From the NCBI GenBank assembly GCA_020343475.1, contig CP070796.1, forward strand, positions 72,314 through 87,358: a stretch of DNA of 15,045 nucleotides, in the 5' to 3' direction. This document shows positions 8,130-15,045 of the stretch, piece by piece (position 1 is the stretch's first letter; every line of letters begins with the position of its first letter). The DNA is from Candidatus Zixiibacteriota bacterium. GTDB lineage: Bacteria; Zixibacteria; MSB-5A5; GN15; PGXB01. Both the position numbers and the translations under genes were made by a program. Below the pieces are notes generated by a model, which made no database searches, was not told where the DNA came from, and saw only the letters and a program-made list of their open reading frames with translations.

Positions 8130-11100
8130 ATGAGTATGTGCAGAAAGCTGTTCATGTCAGCGATCCTGGTTCTGGCTACAGTAGCAATGGTCTCCGCTGA
8201 ACGGATTGAACTGGGTACCATCAGTGATGATATTGCTGTAACGGTCGAGGAATCTGGCGAAGCGCGTATTGTTGTTCGCTATGATATCGGTGCCTTTGAA
8301 AGGGAGGCGGTCATTGTTAACGGCGAGTTGTATTATTCAATCAGGTGCGGTGACGAGGCTTTCCTGTTAAGGGAGGGGGAGCCGGAATTGCCGCATGTCA
8401 GCCGGAGTGTTATTATCCCCGATAATGCCAAAATGGCGGCCAGGATAATTTCCTCGGAATATGTTGACTACATTGAGACACCGGTAATTTCATCCAAAGG
8501 CAACCTTTTGCGCACGGTCAATCCGGCCGACATTCCCTACAGTTTCGGCCCGGTTTATGCCGACAACGCCTTTTACCCCAAAAAGATCGTGAGCCTTCGC
8601 GATCCCTTTATTCTGAGGGATTTCCGGGGGACGGTAGTTGAACTGTATCCTTTTCAGTATAATCCGGCAGCGCGGACGCTGCGCGTATATTCATCTGTGA
8701 CGGTCGAAATTATCAATACCGGGCCGGGGGAGATAAACGTCTTCGAGCGCACCAAGAAAGAACCGAATTTCATTCCCGATTTCAGCCTGATATATCAGCG
8801 GCGCTTCATCAATTATGACGTCTTTGCCAAAGTATATCCGGAGGTTATGGAGTCGGGCGACATGCTCGTCATTACCTATGATCTGTTTCATTCTGCAATG
8901 ATACCGCTTGTTAATTGGAAACGTCAGAAAGGCATCAGAACTTTTATTGTCGACGTTTCCACGATCGGCAACAACAGTACCAGCATCGCGAACTACATCC
9001 AGGACTTTTACGATGCTGACAGTACCAATCTGGCCTGGGTCCTTCTGGTTGGCGACGCCTCGCAGGTCGCTACGCCGTATGCATCCGGCGGCGCTTCCGA
9101 TCCCAGCTATGCCAAGGTTTCCGGATCGGATAATTATCCGGACATCATCATCGGCCGTTTATCGGCGCAAACCATTGCTGACGTGGAAACCCAGGTGGAG
9201 CGAACCATAACATATGAAGTCAATCCCCCCGGTGGTGACTGGTTCCATCAGGCCACCGGAATCGCGTCGGCCGAAGGGCCAGGGCACGGCGGCGAATATG
9301 ATTATCAGCACATGGATAATATTCGCGATGATCTGCTTGCTTTCACATATACGCTGGTCGACCAGATTTATGATCCCGGCGCCACCGACGCGCAGGTAGC
9401 CGCCGCGGTCAATGATGGGCGCAGTCTTGTCAATTATTGTGGCCACGGCGGGCCGACCAGCTGGTCGACATCGTACTTCAACAATGCTGATGTCAATGCC
9501 CTTACCAATGATAATCTCCTGCCGTTTGTATTCAGTGTTGCCTGTAACAATGGCCAATTCGACTCGTACACCTGCTTTGCCGAAGCCTGGATGCGGGCCA
9601 CTCACAATGGGATTCCCACCGGTGCCATCGCGACCTACATGTCATCCATCCTCCAGTCCTGGTCGCCGCCAATGGATGCCCAGGATGAGGCCTGTGATCT
9701 TCTGGTGTCAATGGCCAAGACCACCGTTGGCGGGCTTTGTTATAACGGCTCGTGCAAGATGATTGAACTAAACGGCAGCGACGGAGTCAGCATGTATAAC
9801 ACCTGGCACATCTTCGGCGACCCGTCGGTGCAGATCTGGACTGATACGCCGGAACCGATGACGGTCAATCATGCCGATGCGGTTTTCTTTGTCGCCGAGG
9901 AATATGAAGTGGACGTGGTGGACGTGGAGGGCGCCCTCTGCGCGCTTTATTTTGACGGCGTTCTTTACGGTGCCGCATATACCGACATTAACGGTCACGC
10001 GGTCATTCCCATCTCGGACTTTCTGCCGATTGGAGAGGATGTGCTGCTGACCGTTACGGCATTTAATCGCGAGACGTATGTCGGCAGCGTGACGACCACC
10101 TCTGATCTGGCAATTATCCACCAGCCGCCGCTGGAGGATACGAAGGACACCCTCAACGATTACGATGTCTATTGCATGATTTATACTTCCGCGCCGTTAA
10201 TTGCCGATTCATTGTTGCTGAAGTACCAGATCAATTCCGTTTGGTATCTTGATACTCTGGAAGCGGTTGGCCCGGAAGGCGAATATGTCGGCACCATTCC
10301 CGCTCAGTCTGCCGGCACTGATGTTGTTTATTATATGGTGGCGGCCAATACTGGCGGTTTCATTGACTCGACCGTGGTCTATTCGTTCCGCGTCATTGAC
10401 TACGGCGTGAAACTGGATCCATCGTATGCATATCAAGTTGCCCCGGTGGACGATACGGTCTGGTACAGCCTTACCGTCACCAATGACGGGGTTCTGGAAG
10501 ACTCTTACAGTCTCAGCGTCATCGACAATTCCTGGGAAACGGCGCTCTTGGATGAAACCGGCACGATTCCGGTTACCGTAAGCACCTCGCTTTTCGGGGG
10601 GGAAGGATTCAATTTCAGGGTTCGTGTGATTATTCCGTTTAGCTGGGAGGATGAGTTCGACTCAATTGGGATTGTGGCGACTTCGGTAGCCGACGGCAAT
10701 TACAGTGCCACGGCTGCACTCAAAACCATCTCGGCCGGGCAGCCGTGGGAGATACCGTTCAGCGAAACCTTCCCGTTTGACACCTTTGACATGCATAAAT
10801 GGGAGGAGGTCACGGGGGCCGAAATAAATGAGCTGGGTCTTAATGAACCGACTCCATTGTACAGCTGCAATCTGAACGGTGATCCCAACCAGGGAGATAC
10901 AATCATCACGGAAAAAATCGATCTTCGGGACGCCGTAAATGCTCTTGTCCGTTACAGTTACCAGCGGACCGGAGGCGGCGAATCGCCCGACAGCGGTGAT
11001 GATTTGTATGCTGAATATCTTGATTCCCTCGGTAGCTGGGTTCAACTCCAGAGCCATCCCGGCGCGGGCGAGGACATGCTTGATTTTGAACAGGTGGAAA

Positions 11101-13313
11101 TACAGCTTCCCTCCGGCGCCTGGCATGCAGGCTTCCGTCTGAGGATACGTTGTGACGCCTCAACCGGCCCCTATGATGACTGGTTTGTGGACGACATTTA
11201 TATCGGCCTGCCGCCGGATTACGCCGTTGTCGTTGCTCCGGGCAATCAGTCGCAGTACGGCCCGGCTGGCGATACTGCCGCTTACACTATCATGCTGTTT
11301 AATCGCGGCGTTCAGGATGATCATTATGATCTCAGTTCATCCGGCGGCACCTGGGACATTAGCTTCTTTGATGAAAGCGGTCAGGTGCAGATTACGGCGA
11401 CCGATCTGATCGCAGCTGGCGATTCGGAACGAGTCACGGTTAAAGTAGCGATTCCATCAGATGCCATTATGAACGAGTCGGATGAAGCGATCCTTCTCGC
11501 AACCTCGCAGGGCGATCCGGGTATTTCCGCGTCCGCTTATGTAACCACGTACTCTGCGGGCCTGCCGGGGGGATTTCCCTGGTTTGAACCATTTCCGCAC
11601 GATACCATCGCTTCCGCTCGTTGGCTGTTCGTGATCGGTGCTCAGGTCACCGACGCCGCCATTGCGCCGCCATCGAGTCCGTATGCATTAAATCTGGATG
11701 GGGGCAATGATACTGTTGTATCGCAGCCGATTAATCTCTCCGGCGTTTCCGACGCCCTCCTGTCTTACTATTATCAGAGCGGCGGCAGTGAAGATGCGCC
11801 GGAATCCGGCGATAATCTTACGGTTGAATACAAAAACCAGTTCGGCGAATGGGTTGTCGCTCGGATTCATCAGGGCGGGGTGGCGACCATGTCGAGCTTC
11901 GAATGGGTCTGGATCGGGCTGCCTGCTGAGGCAGGTCACGGCGGCTTCCAGATCAGGTTCACGTCAATGGGTTCTGCGGCAGGTCTTGACAACTGGTATA
12001 TCGACGATATCCGCGTCGATCATGCCCCTGCGATATCGGTGACTCCCGCCCTATTCCAGCATACGCTGCTGCTGGGAGACTCGACGTTCGATGAATTGGT
12101 TATCAGCAACGATGGTCCGGGGATGCTGAGATATTCGGTAACCTCGGTGCCAATGTTGAATCTGCGCAGCGGATTTGCTGATTTACTGGCCGCGGGCCTG
12201 GTGGAGCCGGCGTCGCGGACATATCCTGACGGCTTTTTCGACTATGAAGATCTTAAAGGGATTGACGATCCCCGGGTCGGATTCCCCGTGGAGCGCGGGG
12301 CCGGGGGACCGGATCTTTTTGGACATTACTGGATAGATTCCGACGAATCGGGCGGGCCGGCTTTCGCCTGGGAAGATATCTCGGCAACCGGCATCGACGT
12401 TACCGGCAGCCTGACAGATGATAATTACAGCGGCCCGTATCAGCTCGGTTTCGATTTCTCCTTCTATGGCCAGATTTACAGCGAGTTTTACATCAGTTCC
12501 AACGGCCTGATCGGATTTGATTCAACCAATCTGAAATCCAGGCATAAAAAATCGATCCCGAACGATACTGCCCCGAACGCTATTGTGGCCTGGCTTTGGG
12601 ATGACCTCAATCCGGAAGACAGCGACAACCCCGGTGCGCAGGTCTATTATGATACAACCGGCGGGCGGTGTGTTATTATGTTTGTCGATTATCCGGAGTA
12701 CAGCGCCGGCCCCGGCGACGTGATTACCGCCGAAGTTATTCTGGAAGCCGATGGCACGATCAAGTTTCAGTATTTGAATATCGCGAGCGGTTTTGATATC
12801 GGGTCTGCGACTGTCGGGATTGAAAGCCCCGATGGTACCGATGGTCTGGAGGTGGCTTTTCTGACTGAATATGTTCACGACAGTCTGGCCGTCCAGTTCT
12901 TCAAGCCATACCAGTGGTTGACGCTTGACCGGGGATCAGGAGAACTGGCTCCCGAAGAAGCGGATACCATTACCTGCAAGTTTACCTCTGCAGAACTGGA
13001 GCAAGGATTATACTCGGCCAATATTATTATTGGCAGCAATGATCCTGATCCGGCCGACAATCCCTGGACGGTTGTTGCCGAACTTGAGATATTAACAGAG
13101 CCGCCGTTTATCTGCGGTGATGTCAACGATGACGATAATGTCGATCTTCTGGATCTGCTGTTTATTATCGCCTTTCTCTACGAAGACGGCCCGGCTCCGG
13201 GCAATCCGGACGCGGCCGACGTGGACGCGTCGGGTTCGTGCGATTTGATTGATATTCTCAATCTGATTGATTTTCTTTACGGAGAGGAGGGAGTAAAACT
13301 CGAGTGCCCGTAG
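8130..13313 (+). CDS. Giant secreted gingipain-like (family C25) cysteine protease with Ig/CARDB-like repeats, two MAM-like jelly-roll domains and a C-terminal dockerin-like module
   Basis: 1727-aa ORF. The functional start is probably the ATG at 8136, by RBS spacing. Signal peptide MCRKLFMSAILVLATVAMVSA. C25 catalytic dyad motifs NYCGHGGPTSW (His codon 9444-9446) and FVFSVACNNGQFD (Cys codon 9543-9545). Two paralogous roughly 150-aa MAM-like domains lie at about 10740-11210 and 11575-12010. C-terminal module (13112-13310) CGDVNDDDNVDLLDLLFIIAFLYEDGPAPGNPDAADVDASGSCDLIDILNLIDFLYGEEGVKLECP. Confidence 0.9.
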   Translation: MSMCRKLFMSAILVLATVAMVSAERIELGTISDDIAVTVEESGEARIVVRYDIGAFEREAVIVNGELYYSIRCGDEAFLLREGEPELPHVSRSVIIPDNAKMAARIISSEYVDYIETPVISSKGNLLRTVNPADIPYSFGPVYADNAFYPKKIVSLRDPFILRDFRGTVVELYPFQYNPAARTLRVYSSVTVEIINTGPGEINVFERTKKEPNFIPDFSLIYQRRFINYDVFAKVYPEVMESGDMLVITYDLFHSAMIPLVNWKRQKGIRTFIVDVSTIGNNSTSIANYIQDFYDADSTNLAWVLLVGDASQVATPYASGGASDPSYAKVSGSDNYPDIIIGRLSAQTIADVETQVERTITYEVNPPGGDWFHQATGIASAEGPGHGGEYDYQHMDNIRDDLLAFTYTLVDQIYDPGATDAQVAAAVNDGRSLVNYCGHGGPTSWSTSYFNNADVNALTNDNLLPFVFSVACNNGQFDSYTCFAEAWMRATHNGIPTGAIATYMSSILQSWSPPMDAQDEACDLLVSMAKTTVGGLCYNGSCKMIELNGSDGVSMYNTWHIFGDPSVQIWTDTPEPMTVNHADAVFFVAEEYEVDVVDVEGALCALYFDGVLYGAAYTDINGHAVIPISDFLPIGEDVLLTVTAFNRETYVGSVTTTSDLAIIHQPPLEDTKDTLNDYDVYCMIYTSAPLIADSLLLKYQINSVWYLDTLEAVGPEGEYVGTIPAQSAGTDVVYYMVAANTGGFIDSTVVYSFRVIDYGVKLDPSYAYQVAPVDDTVWYSLTVTNDGVLEDSYSLSVIDNSWETALLDETGTIPVTVSTSLFGGEGFNFRVRVIIPFSWEDEFDSIGIVATSVADGNYSATAALKTISAGQPWEIPFSETFPFDTFDMHKWEEVTGAEINELGLNEPTPLYSCNLNGDPNQGDTIITEKIDLRDAVNALVRYSYQRTGGGESPDSGDDLYAEYLDSLGSWVQLQSHPGAGEDMLDFEQVEIQLPSGAWHAGFRLRIRCDASTGPYDDWFVDDIYIGLPPDYAVVVAPGNQSQYGPAGDTAAYTIMLFNRGVQDDHYDLSSSGGTWDISFFDESGQVQITATDLIAAGDSERVTVKVAIPSDAIMNESDEAILLATSQGDPGISASAYVTTYSAGLPGGFPWFEPFPHDTIASARWLFVIGAQVTDAAIAPPSSPYALNLDGGNDTVVSQPINLSGVSDALLSYYYQSGGSEDAPESGDNLTVEYKNQFGEWVVARIHQGGVATMSSFEWVWIGLPAEAGHGGFQIRFTSMGSAAGLDNWYIDDIRVDHAPAISVTPALFQHTLLLGDSTFDELVISNDGPGMLRYSVTSVPMLNLRSGFADLLAAGLVEPASRTYPDGFFDYEDLKGIDDPRVGFPVERGAGGPDLFGHYWIDSDESGGPAFAWEDISATGIDVTGSLTDDNYSGPYQLGFDFSFYGQIYSEFYISSNGLIGFDSTNLKSRHKKSIPNDTAPNAIVAWLWDDLNPEDSDNPGAQVYYDTTGGRCVIMFVDYPEYSAGPGDVITAEVILEADGTIKFQYLNIASGFDIGSATVGIESPDGTDGLEVAFLTEYVHDSLAVQFFKPYQWLTLDRGSGELAPEEADTITCKFTSAELEQGLYSANIIIGSNDPDPADNPWTVVAELEILTEPPFICGDVNDDDNVDLLDLLFIIAFLYEDGPAPGNPDAADVDASGSCDLIDILNLIDFLYGEEGVKLECP

Positions 13314-13333
13314 GGGCATGCTATCATACCTTG

Positions 13334-13368
13334 AAACGGGATGGCAGATTACCGCCGTCCCGTTTTTA
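13334..13368 (+). terminator. Rho-independent terminator after the C25 protease gene
   Basis: AACGGGATGGC-agattacc-GCCGTCCCGTT forms an 11-bp stem with one G-U wobble and an 8-nt loop, followed by TTTTTATT. Confidence 0.65.
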
Positions 13369-13387
13369 TTATATGTCCTGTCGCCGT

Positions 13388-14197
13388 TCAGGTCAGCCGG
13401 ATGGTACCATCCTGCACCACAACAAGCCCGTCCTTTTGGAGGGATTTTAAAGCGGCCATGGTCAATTCCCGTTGATGATGTTTGCTGTTCAGCAGTGATG
13501 CAAGATTGATTCTGTTTCTTATTGTCAGCCATCTGATAATTTCACCCCGAATTTGCCTGCGGGAATCGGGAAAACGCGACTGTTTTGTCAGCGGAGGGAG
13601 ATTAGCAAGGCGCCTGGGCAGAAAAATCCGGCTGTAGTCCATAAGGGCATTGTGCCAATCCCGCGAACGATTTTTAGGCAGAAGGCGTTGCGCAATGACT
13701 TCGAGCTGCTCTCTTATGGTCGAACCGGGCAGCCCAAATTCATGAAGAATCACGCGGCGGATATTGGTGTCGACGGTGATCAAAGGCATATTGTAAGCGA
13801 AAATGAGGATGGCACGGGCGGTATACGGACCGATGCCCGGGAAAGATTGCAGGGTATCGGGGTCATTGGGAAGTTTTCCGTCAAACTCAGAGACCACTTT
13901 TTTCGCCAGCTGGCCAAGAAAGAGGGCGCGGCGGTTGTATCCGAGTCCGACCCACGCCGTCAGAAGCTGGCGATTGGTGGCTTTCGCCAGTTGTTTCCAG
14001 GATGGCCATTTTTCAATCCAGGCAAGATATTTGGGGACGACTCGACTTGCCTGAGTCTGTTGCAGCATGATTTCCGCTACCGTTATCCGGTACGGATCGG
14101 TTGTTTCCCGAAATGGCAATACCCTGCGATTCCGACGGTAGAATCTCCATATCTTTCGCCGAAAGGTCCGAATCCGATTGGGTGTCAAAGCATTCAT
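13388..14197 (-). CDS. MutY/endonuclease III-like HhH-GPD DNA glycosylase, completely Cys-free: no [4Fe-4S] cluster loop and no NUDIX-like C-terminal domain
   Basis: 269 aa, clearly alignable to the E. coli MutY catalytic domain. AEIMLQQTQ matches SEVMLQQTQ, with the catalytic Glu conserved. LGYNRRA matches LGYYARA. HhH-GPD FPGIGPYTARAIL. VDTNIRRV matches VDGNVKRV, with the catalytic Asp conserved. There is no Lys at the EndoIII lyase position. The sequence contains no cysteines. Confidence 0.85.
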   Translation of the reverse strand: MNALTPNRIRTFRRKIWRFYRRNRRVLPFRETTDPYRITVAEIMLQQTQASRVVPKYLAWIEKWPSWKQLAKATNRQLLTAWVGLGYNRRALFLGQLAKKVVSEFDGKLPNDPDTLQSFPGIGPYTARAILIFAYNMPLITVDTNIRRVILHEFGLPGSTIREQLEVIAQRLLPKNRSRDWHNALMDYSRIFLPRRLANLPPLTKQSRFPDSRRQIRGEIIRWLTIRNRINLASLLNSKHHQRELTMAALKSLQKDGLVVVQDGTIRLT

Positions 14198-14315
14198 CCT
14201 TGATTCTAATACGATTATTTCCGGCCTAAAGTATCTGTTGACATGAGATATTGCAGGCTGTTTATTTAGTTAAATCCAATTATAAGACTATAATGCTCTT
14301 GCTTGAAGGGATTCT

Positions 14316-15045
14316 ATGGGACAGCCGGCAGCCAGAGTAGGTGATCAAACGGCTCATGGGGGCGTAATTACAGGTCCAGGGGTCGCGACCGTTTTGATCG
14401 GGAAAAAACCGGCGGCTGTCTTGGGCGATATGCATACCTGCCCGATGCAAACCCCGGCGGCCCCCTCGCCGATACCTCACGTCGGCGGGCCGATTACAAA
14501 GGGCTCCTCAGGGGTTCTGATCGGGAAAAAGCCGGCGGCCCGGGTTGGCGATATGGCAACCTGCACCGGGCCGCCTGATTCAATTGTGGTCGGGTGCCCG
14601 ACCGTTCTGATCGGCGAAAGCGGGGGCGGGGGCGGCGGTGCCGCCGGGGGGGGCGGACAGCAGGTTCAGGCCACATCGGAAAGCACCGAAGTTGAACCGG
14701 GCCACTACCTTGAGGTGAAATTTGTCGATAAAAGCGGCAAACCTATCTCCGGTGTCGATTATTCCGTGGAAGGGCCTGACAATCGTATTGAGAAAGGAGC
14801 GCTGGCACACAAAATCAAAAAGACCGGTCTTGAAGAGGGCGATTATAAGATCGTTCTGAAAGCCATTACCGGCGCAAAGTGGTCCACAGATTCCGCAAAA
14901 GTGGGCGAGACGGTAACCCTGAGCGCGAAAGCATCCGGTATCGAAAGCGGCGAGAAAGCGACTTTTGAAATATATATCAAGGATCCCAGCTTCGCCGACA
15001 AGGGGCTCGCGACGATTGAAACCACCGTAGACGACGATAAGATCG
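14316..15045 (+). CDS. PAAR-repeat protein (T6SS/eCIS spike-tip family) with a Gly-rich linker and a C-terminal extension. It is partial: it continues beyond the window end. It is absent from the supplied ORF track.
   Basis: I translated by hand from the ATG at 14316 (RBS GAAGGGA 6 nt upstream). The frame is open for 243 codons to the window end. The sequence is MGQPAARVGDQTAHGGVITGPGVATVLIGKKPAAVLGDMHTCPMQTPAAPSPIPHVGGPITKGSSGVLIGKKPAARVGDMATCTGPPDSIVVGCPTVLIGE. It shows three PAAR motifs with the characteristic GD-x-x-(H/T/C) and LIGxKPAA spacing, then a GESGGGGGGAAGGGGQQ linker, then a beta-rich C-terminal domain of at least 125 aa. Confidence 0.8.
   Translation, partial: MGQPAARVGDQTAHGGVITGPGVATVLIGKKPAAVLGDMHTCPMQTPAAPSPIPHVGGPITKGSSGVLIGKKPAARVGDMATCTGPPDSIVVGCPTVLIGESGGGGGGAAGGGGQQVQATSESTEVEPGHYLEVKFVDKSGKPISGVDYSVEGPDNRIEKGALAHKIKKTGLEEGDYKIVLKAITGAKWSTDSAKVGETVTLSAKASGIESGEKATFEIYIKDPSFADKGLATIETTVDDDKI
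14646..14653 (+). repeat. G8 homopolymer inside the Gly-rich linker of the PAAR gene, within a G-rich stretch (14621-14655) with G-quadruplex potential
   Basis: cgggggcgggggcggcggtgccgccggggggggcgg. The run of eight G is at 14646-14653. Confidence 0.9.

Noticed and set aside
8130-8135. ATG at 8130 as the start of the C25 protease
   Set aside because: The GGAGAGGA RBS ends at 8130, leaving no spacer. The in-frame ATG at 8136 has a 5-nt spacer and still gives a good signal peptide. Both are reported, but 8136 is preferred.
2499-13313. T9SS (Por) C-terminal sorting domain on the gingipain-like and other secreted proteins
   Set aside because: The C-terminal 70 aa are a duplicated calcium-loop plus helix (dockerin/EF-hand type), not the roughly 80-aa beta-sandwich T9SS C-terminal domain. 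No PorU/PorV/PorZ-like genes are evident, although the neighbouring OM barrel is flagged as a speculative partner.
13092-13532. 146-aa minus-strand ORF spanning the terminator
   Set aside because: It overlaps the 3' end of the C25 gene, the intrinsic terminator hairpin and the glycosylase 3' end in a different frame. Not plausible.
13553-14203. 216-aa plus-strand ORF
   Set aside because: Antisense to the MutY-like glycosylase, whose homology is clear. Arg/Gly-rich and low-complexity.

Overview
This 15 kb window reads as a bacterial chromosomal segment with no mobile elements, tRNAs or CRISPR arrays, probably from an uncultured anaerobe (about 50% GC, sigma70-like promoters, GGAGG-type ribosome-binding sites). 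The notable region is 2.5-13.3 kb. Three large secreted proteins, each with a signal peptide, all end in the same roughly 65-70 aa C-terminal module: a thrombospondin type 3 repeat/BNR/PPC protein, a papain-like C1 cysteine protease and a 1727-aa gingipain-like C25 cysteine protease. The module is two dockerin-type calcium-binding loop-helix repeats bracketed by cysteines. It is not a type IX secretion system (T9SS) C-terminal sorting domain and not an LPXTG or PEP-CTERM anchor. An outer-membrane beta-barrel gene sits among these cargo genes. No cohesin or scaffoldin partner is visible, so this looks like an undescribed dockerin-tagged protease/adhesin arsenal or a new C-terminal sorting module. 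Two genes the ORF track omits because they run off the window edges are real. At the 3' end, a type VI secretion system (T6SS)-type PAAR protein with three PAAR motifs (PAAR-type spike-tip domain), a Gly-rich linker holding a G8 homopolymer, and a C-terminal extension, with no other T6SS or extracellular contractile injection system (eCIS) genes in view. At the 5' end, a zinc-ribbon protein gene whose start overlaps the stop of an SPFH/band-7 gene by 35 bp. That SPFH gene carries a triple zinc-ribbon tail, and the pair resembles YdjI/YdjG of the phage-shock protein (Psp) system. Also present are a cysteine-free MutY-like HhH-GPD glycosylase that lacks the Fe-S cluster loop, two strong intrinsic terminators, and an unusually long 719-bp divergent intergenic region with a palindrome and promoter-like motifs.
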